Assembly: GCF_001194135.2 (NCBI RefSeq)
Contig: NC_068986.1
Span: forward strand, 42,782,527 to 42,825,366
Origin: Octopus bimaculoides
Taxonomy: Eukaryota
Reading direction: 5' to 3'
DNA length: 42,840 nucleotides
Positions within the stretch are counted from its first letter, which is position 1. Each line of letters opens with the position of its first letter. Under the pieces are notes generated by a model. The model saw only the letters and a list, made by a program, of their open reading frames with translations, ran no database searches and was not told the DNA's origin. Below, one piece after another: positions 23,415-35,305 of this stretch. The translations under genes were made by a program, and so were the position numbers.

Positions 23415-23614
23415 TTAGACACAAGGCCAGCAAATTTAAAGAGAGCGGGCTAGCCGATCACATCGAGCCCAGTACTTGATATTATAGATGCCGAAAAGGA
23501 CGAATGGCAAAATTGTCCTTGGTGGTATTTGAACTCAGAACGGAAATAGCTGTAAAAGATCACTTTAAGTTTTTTTGTCCGACGCGCTAATGATTCTGCC
23601 AACTCGCCGCCTCA
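23415..23614 (-). mobile_element. SINE family 2
   Basis: ATTTGAACTCAGAACG...CGACGCGCTAATGATTCTGCCAACTCGCCGCC. Confidence 0.78.
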
Positions 23615-23924
23615 GTAATGATAATAATTATAAGCATTTAATGGCCATAAGGACAGCAAAAATATTTAGGGCAATACAAAGACGAAGACCGTGGGAGCAC
23701 GCGTAAACAATAAAAGTAATAACATTTAAGAGGAAAATTATTACAACAAAATTCCTTAATAGGGGGAAACACGACTCATGGGTTTACAAAGGAACCTTAC
23801 AGATTTCCGGTTACTCTGATTTCCAGAAGTAATATAGCAAGTAGTCCTCAATTTCCGCACTTTTTGACCTAAGGAGAATGCTTAAACTACGTTCATTCAT
23901 TCATTTGAGCCCTTACCTTTCAAA

Positions 23925-23925
<1 letters not shown>

Positions 23926-23974
<49 letters not shown>

Positions 23975-23994
23975 TATTATTATTATTATTATCA

Positions 23995-24055
<61 letters not shown>

Positions 24056-24082
24056 CATTATAATGATGATGATGATGATGAT
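23926..24082. repeat. (AAT)n abutting (ATT)n, then (GAT)n
   Basis: Direct reading; the AAT/ATT junction is self-complementary. Confidence 0.9.
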
Positions 24083-24507
24083 GTTCTCTGATCTGGTCAG
24101 AAAACCGACAATATTTTGAGAAAAGTTTATTTGTTAATCGATTTCATCGACTCCAGTACTTTTCTGATGCATTATCTTATCGGCCGCAAAGGATGAAAGG
24201 GTAAGTTGCCAACAGTGGTATTTGTATTCACAGCGTAAAGTCCCGGAACAAGTGCCGTAAGTAATTTTTACTGATGTTCTAACGATTCTGCTAAAAACAC
24301 AATATTAACCCTAGCTTTTTCTAGTTCTTAATTTTAAACTCGAAACATTGCTTCCGACAGTAATTTTTTAATTAAAAAAAAAAGTAATAATGATGTGTCA
24401 CGGCAAACAACCATTTCAAATTTACTTATTTGCTTCCTCTTTATGTTACATTAAAACTAAATATTTATTTCAACCTGAGTTAACTAAGATTTGGCTAATA
24501 GGAAGCA

Positions 24508-25180
24508 TACGAAGTTGTATGAAAAAGCTCCCAGACTAGTTATGTTTAATAAAAAAAAAATTTATTTACCAAAGTTTTTACATAATTCCCTTCGAAACAG
24601 TTACGTTGCGCAGCAATACACCGTTCACAGCATTCTTGTCACTTTTGGAATCCGGCCTGGAAGTCGTTTTCCGTAAGCGAGCCGAGGACTTTCTGCGAAT
24701 CGCTCTGATCTTGAAAATGGTTTTAAAACGGCGATCTTTAAGCTGCCTTTTCATCTAGAAGAGATGGAAGTCTGCAGGTGCTAAATCTGGCGAATAGGGC
24801 AAGTGCGGAATCAATACCATGTTTTTGGCGAAAAACTCACGAGTGAGGAGAGCTCGGTGACAGGGTGCATTGTCGTCGTGAAGGATCCAATATTTCGCGC
24901 TTTAAAGATCCGGTCGCCTTCACCAAATCTCATCCCTGAAACGCTTCAAAACATCGCAGTAGAATTCTCGATTGACGGTCTGGCCGTGGGGAACGAACTC
25001 TCGATGTACGATACCACAGACGTCTAAAAGAAAAAAACAATGAGCATACTCTTGATTGAGCTGCGGCTTTGTCGTGCGCCGGTGCCACTCGAAATATTGC
25101 GTACGACCTATTGCTTCGTCACCATAAGCTTGCCAAAGATGCTCAATGTCTCTGTAGTAGACTTCCAAAGTTTAATGCAA
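24508..25180 (-). mobile_element. mariner transposon relic, internally deleted, with one TIR
   Basis: YGDEAIGRTQYFEWH (HTH) is joined to ARQSRSSIKSMLIVFF-D.CGIVHREFVPHGQTVNREFY, then HDDNAPCH and PYSPDLAPADF. TA plus TIR-like CGAAGTTGTATGAAAAAGCTCCCAGACTAGT at 24508-24540. Confidence 0.85.
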
Positions 25181-25721
25181 AACATACATGCATACCTACA
25201 TACATACATACATACACAGAGGTACTATAGGGCTGTCCGAAGTCTTAGGGACGAAAATGACAAATATGCCTGGGATTACTCTGGTTTTAAATATATGTAA
25301 TTTTGTGGTTTAAACACCCAGCGATTGTAGCCAGAATGTTATGCGTGCACGTGGAAGGATATGTACATATATAGGAATCGATAGATGTATGTACACACGT
25401 ACATTACTCTGTGCGTGTGCGCTCGCGCGTGTAAACTTGAACCTGATTTGCATTGAACTTAGCAATAACATACATTGACATCTTAATATTTAGAGGAAAA
25501 GATAAAACAAAGTCAAGTGATTGTCAAAATGTCATTCTGGAGGAGGAAAAAAAATGTTAAATTCTAAAGTAATTGTGACTGTTTTTATCGTGAACAATCT
25601 TATCGAAAAATAATTGCTTCACTTTGAACTGTAGACAATAACTGGGAAATTTGTTTGAAGGGCAATATATTCTGGTAATTTTTCGTTACTTTTCTATTTC
25701 CATAAAAGTGTTCGTTTCAAA

Positions 25722-25924
25722 TTTTGGCACAAGACCAGCAAGTTCTAAGGAGGGGTTAGTCGAATACATCGACTCCAGCTGCTCAACTGGTGCTTAGTAT
25801 ATCGACCTCGAACGGATGGATAGCAAAGTTGACCTCGGTAGAATTTGAACTCACAGCATAAAGACGGACGAAACGCAGCTAAGCATTTTTCCAGTTGCAC
25901 TAACGATTTTGCCAGCTCACTACC

Positions 25925-25926
<2 letters not shown>
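25722..25926 (-). mobile_element. SINE family 2
   Basis: AAAGTTGACCTCGGTAGAATTTGAACTCAC...TTTGCCAGCTCACTACCTT. Confidence 0.8.
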
Positions 25927-25960
<34 letters not shown>

Positions 25961-25963
<3 letters not shown>

Positions 25964-26098
25964 CAAAAACACCAGGACTTACAAATATATATAACATACA
26001 GAAAACTGCACTACTGGGCACTGCACACATCCTACGCAAAACATTTTCAATACAGTAACCATAAGAGCATCACAGCAAACCACAGCACATACCCAAGG
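25961..26098 (+). mobile_element. R4/Dong-like RLE retroelement, extreme 3' end, directly after (AAT)n
   Basis: PGLTNIYNIQKTALLGTAHILRKTFSIQ* resembles the C-terminal LQK.ALLGTA.ILR motif of R4-clade ORFs. The 3' UTR runs into a gap. Confidence 0.7.
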
Positions 26099-27454
26099 NN
26101 NNNNNNNNNNNNNNNNNNNNNNNNNNNNNNNNNNNNNNNNNNNNNNNNNNNNNNNNNNNNNNNNNNNNNNNNNNNNNNNNNNNNNNNNNNNNNNNNNNNN
26201 NNNNNNNNNNNNNNNNNNNNNNNNNNNNNNNNNNNNNNNNNNNNNNNNNNNNNNNNNNNNNNNNNNNNNNNNNNNNNNNNNNNNNNNNNNNNNNNNNNNN
26301 NNNNNNNNNNNNNNNNNNNNNNNNNNNNNNNNNNNNNNNNNNNNNNNNNNNNNNNNNNNNNNNNNNNNNNNNNNNNNNNNNNNNNNNNNNNNNNNNNNNN
26401 NNNNNNNNNNNNNNNNNNNNNNNNNNNNNNNNNNNNNNNNNNNNNNNNNNNNNNNNNNNNNNNNNNNNNNNNNNNNNNNNNNNNNNNNNNNNNNNNNNNN
26501 NNNNNNNNNNNNNNNNNNNNNNNNNNNNNNNNNNNNNNNNNNNNNNNNNNNNNNNNNNNNNNNNNNNNNNNNNNNNNNNNNNNNNNNNNNNNNNNNNNNN
26601 NNNNNNNNNNNNNNNNNNNNNNNNNNNNNNNNNNNNNNNNNNNNNNNNNNNNNNNNNNNNNNNNNNNNNNNNNNNNNNNNNNNNNNNNNNNNNNNNNNNN
26701 NNNNNNNNNNNNNNNNNNNNNNNNNNNNNNNNNNNNNNNNNNNNNNNNNNNNNNNNNNNNNNNNNNNNNNNNNNNNNNNNNNNNNNNNNNNNNNNNNNNN
26801 NNNNNNNNNNNNNNNNNNNNNNNNNNNNNNNNNNNNNNNNNNNNNNNNNNNNNNNNNNNNNNNNNNNNNNNNNNNNNNNNNNNNNNNNNNNNNNNNNNNN
26901 NNNNNNNNNNNNNNNNNNNNNNNNNNNNNNNNNNNNNNNNNNNNNNNNNNNNNNNNNNNNNNNNNNNNNNNNNNNNNNNNNNNNNNNNNNNNNNNTATAT
27001 ATGACGGTCTTGGTGGTGGTAGTGATGCTGGCTGGTACGATTTTGTAGTTTGCTTGTAGCCGTGAGAGATCCAGCTCTGTTTCTCGTATTTTCCAAGCAC
27101 AGCTGCCTTTGCTCTTGACTCATGTGTTCTCGATTCTGTTGATCTCTATCTTTCCTATTTTGAAAATACACTCTTTAGTCCTGGCTCATTTCTTCTATCC
27201 TGTGTTGATTTCTTTCCCTCCGATGCTGTAGGATACGCTGTGTCCCTCATGCAATTATCTATATTTTAGAACAAGTTATTAAAACAATAAATCTCCAAAA
27301 TGATTCAGAGTGTTTCAATTGAAAAACATATACGAATGTATTAGATAGTTTTTTTTTTTTTAAGGTGAAAATATTTCTGAAATACTCACCTAATATGCAA
27401 GGACACAGTATATAGGATACGGTAATGAATTATATTGTAGGAAAGTAAAAAGTA

Positions 27455-27958
27455 AAGGGTAAAAATAGATTAATATTTTTGATTTTGTTCGGCTCCATGA
27501 ATTTAATTCTTTTAAATGCTTTCATCAATCACTTGATACAAGAAAAAAGAAATTGGAAAAATCCTGACAAAAACTGAAAAATTCTAACTTAACAAAAATA
27601 TAAAAAGAGACACTTATTATCACATACTCACACGCACATACATTCACATATATACATGTGTGTGTGTGTGTGTGTGTCTTTTAGTTTTTATTTACTTATA
27701 CACATCAACAAATGAGCCAATTGAACAACTCTGTGTGGATGTTCAATTTGCTAGAAATAATAGCCAAATCTCTCTCATACTACGCTCTTGTTAGTGTTAA
27801 GGAAAGGGAAAAAATAGAATTAATATTTTTGATTTTATTCGGCTCTATGAATTTATTCTTTCTTTTAAATGCTTTCGTCCATTACTTGATACAAGAAAAA
27901 AGAAATTGGAAAGATCCTAACCAAAACAGAGAAATTGCAACTTAACAAAAAATATAGA
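27455..27958. repeat. About 155-bp diverged direct repeat (about 27455-27608 and 27800-27958)
   Basis: Both copies contain TTAATATTTTTGATTTT(G/A)TTCGGCTC(C/T)ATGAATTT and ACTTGATACAAGAAAAAAGAAATTGGAAA. Confidence 0.8.
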
Positions 27959-28087
27959 AATAGAAAGAAAAGTGTGTATTCTAAAGCCAAAAGTTGTTTT
28001 TTAGCTGAGGTGTAATTAAAACAAATTCAAAATTTAAATTTCAGAACATAAGACTCAAATGGGCAGAAGACCTAAAACAAACGTGTT

Positions 28088-28155
<68 letters not shown>

Positions 28156-28613
28156 ATTGGGCCTTTAATAACCACTGGTCGATTTCATTTCAATAACAGA
28201 ATGGAATTTGAATATCTCTCAACCATTCCCTCTCAATCTCTCTCTTTCTCTTTCACTTCCTTTCTTCCTTGCTCGACACACGTGTCATGTTTAAGTATTT
28301 TACTTTTCTCGTTGAGACCGTTGCTGCTTTGGTGGCCCAGTAAACATGGGTGTAGAGAAGTAGTGATACACCACTGAAGTGGTGGTTTCTAATCTCTTCT
28401 AGGATTTACAAGAGATCTAATTAAAAATTTTTATCAAGGCAACAAAATTTCTTTCTCTTAAGCGTGACACACGCGTCAGGTACGTAAAAAAAAAACAGAT
28501 TGGCTCATCGATATTATTGATGATAGTCTTTTCTACTAAAGCACAAGGCCTGAAATCTTGGTTGAGGGGACTAGTCGATTACATCGACTCAGGGAGGCGA
28601 CATGAAAGTTTAA

Positions 28614-28833
28614 CTCTTTAGCGTTCAAATTAATATGTCAAAAGTAATCCTTATTCATTTACGTCTTTAAAAATTAATCTGGTATTATCTTGTAGCTTCA
28701 AAAGTAGAAAGATGTAATTGCTTATTTTTAGAATGACATTGCAGGGTAGGTGTGAGATACTGGTTCTGGCCAGTTTGAGCATAAAATGAGTACAATATTT
28801 GGGCCGGATATAGCCGGTTTAAACACTAAAGGG
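28614..28833. mobile_element. piggyBac-like MITE
   Basis: TTAA|CTCTTTAGCGTTCAAA ... TTTAAACACTAAAGGG|TTGG: imperfect TIRs with CCC/GGG-type termini and a TTAA site, degenerate on the right. Confidence 0.6.
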
Positions 28834-29844
28834 TTGGGTAAAGGATTCAGAAGCGATTGTGTATGGATATTGAATTGGTGAGTTTTGTAAGTATAGGAGA
28901 AGAGTGAATGGAGCCGATGAGTAGATAGATTAGATTGTTCGGGATTTTGTGTGAGATAGGAAGACATCATCTGTCAACTTAAAAAGATAATTAAGTTTGC
29001 GGATGATGTAGCAACGGAGTGGCTAATGAGTGGCTCAGAGATGAAAGACGGAACCGGGCCTGAATGTTCTTAGGTCAGGGTGCAGATATGAGAACACATA
29101 GAGCAGTTCGTGGTTTACTTGAGTGGACAGAAAATGTGAATCAGAATAAGGTAGATGGAGAGGAAAGAATATGCAGTGATGTGAAGTATAGGCAGAAAGT
29201 AGAGGAATGGATTTGTGGTGAATGCACTGGCTAAGGAAGATAGTATACCAAGATAATTTCTTATTCATTTCTTTTCCTTTTCTTTTTTTTTTTTTTTTTT
29301 TTTGCAGTTGCCATCTTTGCTGTAAAACACATTTTTCACTACTTATCTCTCCAATTTCAATGTTAAAAAAATTCAAAAGTCCAATTACAACGTGATTCGC
29401 ACATCTTCACTCCACGAAGCTATTTTTCATTTTTATCGTTGAACATTTGTGAAATTCTTCGTTGCAGCCTTAACGAATATTTTAACCTTGTTTAGCTGAG
29501 GTTCATTGCGTTGTGTATTTTTTCAAATACTTCCTTACATATATCGCCCACATAGACGCAGAACATATATCTTGCTTTTCTTGTTATGTGTATTTTTATT
29601 TATTATTATGGCCGAGTTTATTGGATCCATGCAATTTCTGCCTCACCAAAAAAGATTTTGTCTCTACTAATGAGGAAATGCAAGCTANNNNNNNNNNNNN
29701 NNNNNNNNNNNNNNNNNNNNNNNNNNNNNNNNNNNNNNNNNNNNNNNNNNNNNNNNNNNNNNNNNNNNNNNNNNNNNNNNNNNNNNNNNNNNNNNNNNNN
29801 NNNNNNNNNNNNNNNNNNNNNNNNNNNNNNNNNNNNNNNNNNNN

Positions 29845-29906
<62 letters not shown>

Positions 29907-30507
29907 TGTATGGTAGAATAAGTAGAAAGATAGATTTTTTCAACACGTAAATACTGAACAGTATATATAAAGGGTAAAATTCTTACGATCGAAGAAGCCG
30001 ACAAAGAAAGTGCTGTAGTTCTGTTGAATGCACATCCCTGAAACCCTTACGAGATCAGCGTCTGACTGTCGCTTCCATAAGTATATACTGTAAGGTCGGC
30101 TGGCTGCTGCCTCTAGCCAGGCGGTTGCCTAGTACCGGCAACTAGCTGGTTGTCGGCAAACTCTTCTGCTCTTAAAAAGATGTTATCCTTTGTATATACT
30201 GTTTAGTATTTACATGTCGAAAAAATTTACCTTTCTACTTATTAATTTTTGTGCTTGTGAGTGTGTGTGTGTGTGTGTGTGTGTGCCTGTCTGGTTGTCT
30301 GTCTGCTTGTCTGTGTATTCGTTAACATATCCACACATTTATAAATATATATATATGTGTGTTCCTTACATGAGCAGGTGTTTTAAATAAACAATAAATA
30401 ACAATAAATAAGACTTGTAACATTGATACCTTTGTTATTAAGAATTAGAACGATCACCCGATCGGAATTTGTTTCTTTCGTTCTTTCTTTTTCTTTCAGA
30501 TTGCTTA

Positions 30508-30579
<72 letters not shown>

Positions 30580-30667
30580 GATGTGTGATCAAACAGACTC
30601 CAATATATATGTTGTTGTTTACGATGCGTCCACCGTATCATCATCATTCTCATTGTTATTATTGTTT

Positions 30668-30881
30668 ATAAAGCGGCAGGATGGTAGAATCTTTAGCACG
30701 TCAAGCAAAACGCTTTGTGGCACTTCGTCTGTCTGCACATTCAGAGTTCAATTCCGCTCAGGGTCAATTTGCCTTTCATCCTTTCGAGGTCGATAAGTTA
30801 AGTACCAGTGAAACACTGGGTTCGGTGTAATTGACTGGTCCCCTTCTCCAAAATTCCAGACCTTGTGCCTTTAGTAGAAAG

Positions 30882-30942
<61 letters not shown>

Positions 30943-30943
30943 T
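30668..30943 (+). mobile_element. SINE family 2 with (ATT)n tail
   Basis: GATGGTAGAATCTTTAGCACG, GAGTTCAATTCC, TTTCATCCTTTCGAGGTCGATAAG, followed by (ATT)n at 30883-30943. Confidence 0.85.
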
Positions 30944-31309
30944 ATTCGGTATCTTTTGTTTCAGGTCCTGAAAGGTTAGTTGATTTTATTACAAATACAT
31001 TGTTTTCTTAAAATGTGGTTTTTTTTTACATTTCTTCAGATAGGGACCTGTACTTCACTGTGTGAAGGTGGGGGGGGGGAACAGTAAAAGCTCTGAGGGT
31101 CAACAAAGATTTCACTCTATTGTCAATACATTTATTTTAAAAAAACACAGCCTAGCTGAAACACACGCCTACCAACTCTGTGAAAATTGTTCCTGGGTTA
31201 TGACTGACTGTAGTGGCAATTAATTCTCCCTTCAATTAAACATCACGGACTCAACTGGATGTTGCAGCAATCGTAATAACAGCGTAATTGGCAGGTATAC
31301 TAAAAATAT

Positions 31310-31609
31310 GGCACTCCGTCGCTTACGACGACGAGGGTGCCAGTTGATCTGATCAACGGAACACTCTGCTCGTGAAATTAATGTGCAAGTGGCTGAACAC
31401 TCCATAAACACGCGTACTCTTAACGTAGTTCTTATTGATGTTCAGCGTGAAACATAATGTGACAAAGCCAGCCCTTTTGAAATACAGGTACAACTCATTT
31501 TTGATGGCTGAGTGAACTGTAGCCACATGAAATAAAGTGTCTTGCTCAAGGACACAACGCGCCGCCGGGAATCGATCGTATGCCGAAACCCTAACCACTA
31601 AGCTACGCC
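31310..31609 (-). mobile_element. SINE family 3, full-length, with 3'-terminal stem-loop
   Basis: Minus-strand head GGCGTAGCTTAGTGGTTAGGG..GATTCCCGG, CORE-like GTTGTGTCCTTGAGCAAGACACTTT, terminal hairpin GGCACTCCGTCG-CTTACGA-CGACGAGGGTGCC at 31310-31341. Confidence 0.75.
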
Positions 31610-31617
31610 GAATGCGA

Positions 31618-31990
31618 AAACTACAACAATAACATCAACAATATCCTGAACAAGCACAACAATTAGAATAACAACTCGAGCAACAATAACAACAACAACA
31701 ACAACAACAAAGCTAACAAAAACAACAGCAACAAAAGCAATAACCACTCTAACAACAGCAGCAACATTAGCAACAGTAGCAACATTGGTAACAGCAGCAT
31801 CATTGGCAACAGTAGCAGCATTAGCAACAGCAGCGCTAGCAGCAGTGACAGCGGTAACAACAATGACAACTCCAACAATAGCAACAAAGCTCCAACTGCA
31901 ATATCATCAACAACTATGACAGCAGCAACGAAAGCAATAACAACGACAGAACAGAAAACAATAGCATCACTAACAACAACAGCACCAACA
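31618..31990. repeat. Cryptic (AAC/AGC/AAT)n trinucleotide low-complexity tract
   Basis: Direct reading; gives the poly-Leu antisense ORF. Confidence 0.85.
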
Positions 31991-32254
31991 TGTGCCAGGT
32001 CTTCTTCGCTAGAACTGTATTCACATGGGAACTAAACAGCCTTCTTCTGGAAAACAAGTGAGCCAAATTTTAGGACTTGCTCCATCTAGGAAAACTGAAA
32101 ACTGAGAGCAGAAAGGGCCGCTCTAACGCCCCCACCTAAAAGCTCTAGCAGTAACTTCCAGAAACACTATTAATATTGCGTCATGTGTTTAAACAGCCGG
32201 TGCCTAGAAACAGCAACGAGCGTACAAGTAGATTGATCTTCCTGCGATGAATGG

Positions 32255-32900
32255 TGTGACATCCAGCTTATATATATGGCAAGAGACTTCAGAGAAATCG
32301 ACGTGCCATCAGTGGACCTGCTTGAGGTGCATGCAGAGCGACGAAACCGTCTTGCTCAAATTCGTACAGTGCCCGGACATTGTTGTCTTGTGGGGTTATG
32401 TCGAGCAACTACTATGGCGTGTCGGATGTCGAATTCAGATGTCCGCCGACTCCACCGCGAAGATCGTCCCGCCACTTTCCTTTGACCAGGAAAGACGGGA
32501 CTTTCTTCTGCATAGTAGCTATGATGAGAGAGACAGTGTGGCCAACAAGACTAACAGAATAGGACTGATGAAAGGCACATTCTAGTGCTCGTCTACATTT
32601 TAAATTTACACTTGAAAAGAAAGTGGAGGATACAGAGAGAAATGTTGCCTCCCACAAAGCTCGCTGAATACAGCGAGGATAGCTCGAGTAAGTGGGCCTG
32701 TTCTAAACTTGTGCCTGTAAGATGGAGAGAAGTGATGTAGAGGGAGAATCCCTTTTGTGCTGTTTGAGGTCAAGTTGATTCAGGATTGGCAGGGGTTTTT
32801 GGTTACCCTCAGTGGTACTCCACCAATTAGGGATTTTAGTTGTGATCAAGTTTCATGTCAATTGTTATTATTTTATTGCACCTGTACATATAAATACCTT
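32255..32900 (+). mobile_element. Tx1/L1-clade ORF2 3' fragment and 3' UTR, related to element B
   Basis: TCLRCMQSDETVLLKFVQCPDIVVLWGYVEQLL...KIVPP...RETVWPTR aligns with TCPRCG.DRETVHHAIVQCPEISEMWTYAEHLL...KIDPP...KEAVW.TR of element B. Confidence 0.8.
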
Positions 32901-32959
32901 CCCCGTGTTTTTGTATTGTCCCAAAGGATTTTTGTGGCCCTTGTAGTCAAAGGAGAAAG

Positions 32960-33002
<43 letters not shown>

Positions 33003-33006
<4 letters not shown>

Positions 33007-33815
33007 CGGTGAGCTGGTAGAATCGTTAGCGCGCCGGGCAAAATGCTTAGCGGCATTTCGTCCGTCTTTACGATCTAAGTTTAAATTCCGCCGAGGTCGA
33101 CTCTGCTTTTCATACTTTCGGAGTCGATGAAATAAGTAGCAGTTGAGTATTAGGGTCGATGTAATCGACTCATCCCTTCCCCCAAAATTGTTACCCTTGT
33201 AGCAAAATTTGAAACCATTATTATTATTAATAATAATAATCTTTTCTATTGGAAGCAAAAGGCCTCAAATTTTGGGGAAGAGATTAAGTCGATTACAACG
33301 ATCCCAGTGCGTAACTGGTACTTATTTAATCGACTCTGAAAGGATGAAAAGCAGAGTCGACCTCGGCGGAATATGAACTCAGAACACAGCGGCAGATGAA
33401 ATACCGCTAAGCATTTTGTCCGGCGTGCTAATGACTCTACCAGCTCGGCGAGCTTGCAGAGTTGTTAGCACGCCGGGAAAATTGCTTAGCGGCATTTCGT
33501 CCGTTTTTACGCTGAGTTCAAATTCCACCGAGAGCGACTTTCGAGGTCAATTAAATAAGTACCAGGCTGCCCCTGTAGCAAAATATTGAAATCGTTATTA
33601 TTATTGCTATTATTGTAAAGGCAGCGGGTTGACTGAATCTTTAGCACGCTGAGTAAAATGCTTAGCTGCATTTCATCTGACTTTACATTCCGATGTTGAC
33701 TTTGCCTTTCTTCACTTCAGGGTCAATCAAATAAGTACCATTTGAGTACTGGGATCACTGTAATCGATTTACCCCTTTCCCTAAAACTTATCTTGTGCCA
33801 AAATCTTAAACCTTT
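33003..33815. mobile_element. Cluster of four SINE family 2 copies: 33003-33220 (+), 33241-33448 (-), about 33449-33600 (+), about 33618-33815 (+)
   Basis: Each copy carries the head, B box and core motifs of family 2. Confidence 0.85.
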
Positions 33816-34229
33816 ATTATTATTATTAGCATTACTACTACCATATTAACTGACAGTTCTTAGATCATTACTTTACGTTTCCCGTCACGAACTTTTTAAA
33901 TGATGGAAGTAGGACAGCGTCTTAATTGTTGCAAATAAACTATCCTATATAAACTATGTTACTCTGTTGGTAGTCTGAAAACCCCTAATTAATATCGTTG
34001 GATGTTTCTGAAAGAATTATTCAAATCCGATATTTTGTTCAAATTTACAACACGCAATACATCACACTTCGCAGTCAAGTATATTTTTTCACCTTCTAAA
34101 TCCATTAAAGCTTCGAGACGCGTGTTCTGTAATGGAATCATCGATTTTATAATTGATATCATCATCCCTTAAAACATTTGAACCTCCTTAGATAAAACAA
34201 AACAATGTATAAAACTGAAAACTATATAT

Positions 34230-35060
34230 ACCAGAGACAACTTCATAACAATATCAGCAATATATAGAAGAAAATAACTATATCACCAATAACTATAAGA
34301 TGAACTATATATTACATCTAAAAATCATAGAAACATTTTTGTTGCCAACATCAAACGCGAGTTAATAAATACAGAAAAAATTGAGATAACTATAGAGAGT
34401 GAAAATAATTTAAATCCCATTATTGTCAACATTAAGAGTCACTTAGATTCCGTTATGACAGATAACAATTTTTCTATCACCAAATGGTTCAATAACATAG
34501 ATAATAAGTACCTTTGTAAATGTATGCAGTCCAATATCAGGGTTAGCCATCTACAATTACACCGATTTAGAATTTAGCAGAGGTTTTCTTTCACTTAGCG
34601 ATTTAGACTTAGTGATAATATTGCTAAGCGTACCATTTACTATTCTACTATTCAGGGAAGAGTTGGGGTTAAGAATGGTAACTAGGAATTATTTCACGTC
34701 ACCATGGAATCGTAAAATAGGTTGATACTTGGGAATTCATATGACTTTAAATCTTAAACCCACTTCGTAAGACATCCGCTCACCCAAATTCTCTATTCAT
34801 CATGACAATAGACCATCCATTTAGCTACTTATGAATAACCATACAATGGATATTATTAAAAAGTTCAACAACGAAGTTAGATTTAAAGATTATAGTTGAT
34901 ACAAATCAAAGTCTAGTTGGTGTTCCAATATGACCGCAGCTTCATGGCTAAATCGCATACAAGAAATAAAAGAAATAACTCCAGACTTCAGTACTGGTGA
35001 ATACTGCCATTATAGTAAATCTAACGAGATATTGCCTCATATCATTGTAGATTTCAACCC
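34230..35060 (+). mobile_element. Penelope-like element RT relic
   Basis: KWFNNIDNKYLCKCMQSNI (compare WF..I.NK....F..FDI..FYPSI), ELFHVTMES (compare FDVTMGSYDGAE), ATGACAATAG near the expected YRDD position, MDIIKK. Heavily frameshifted. Confidence 0.55.
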
Positions 35061-35112
35061 TCCCTAAGTAATCCAACTTACCTCATGCTTTCAAAATAAA
35101 ATACGTTCTAAG

Positions 35113-35305
35113 CAGACCAAGACTAATACTAGTTTCAAATTTTGGCACAAAGCCTGCATTTTCAGAGGAGGGGTACGCCAATCCCAGTGTTCAACTGGTA
35201 CTTATTGTATTGACCCCGGCGGCATTTGAACTCAGAATTTAAGTCGGAAGAAATACTGCTAAGCATTTTTTCCGGAGTAGTAACGATTTTGATAGTACAC
35301 CGCTT
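35113..35305 (-). mobile_element. SINE family 2
   Basis: TTTGGCACAAAGCC...ATTTGAACTCAGAA...GCTAAGCATTTT. Confidence 0.75.

Noticed and set aside
25226-25250. TATAGGGCTGTCCGAAG as the second mariner TIR
   Set aside because: Wrong orientation, and not complementary to the TIR at 24508-24540.
26996-27230. Minus-strand peptide EQRQLCLENTRNRA, reminiscent of Helitron N-terminal STPR-like repeats
   Set aside because: A single short low-complexity match with no Rep or helicase sequence nearby.
31663-31887. Poly-Leu hydrophobic ORF resembling a signal or transmembrane peptide
   Set aside because: It is the antisense reading of an (AAC/AGC)n tract.
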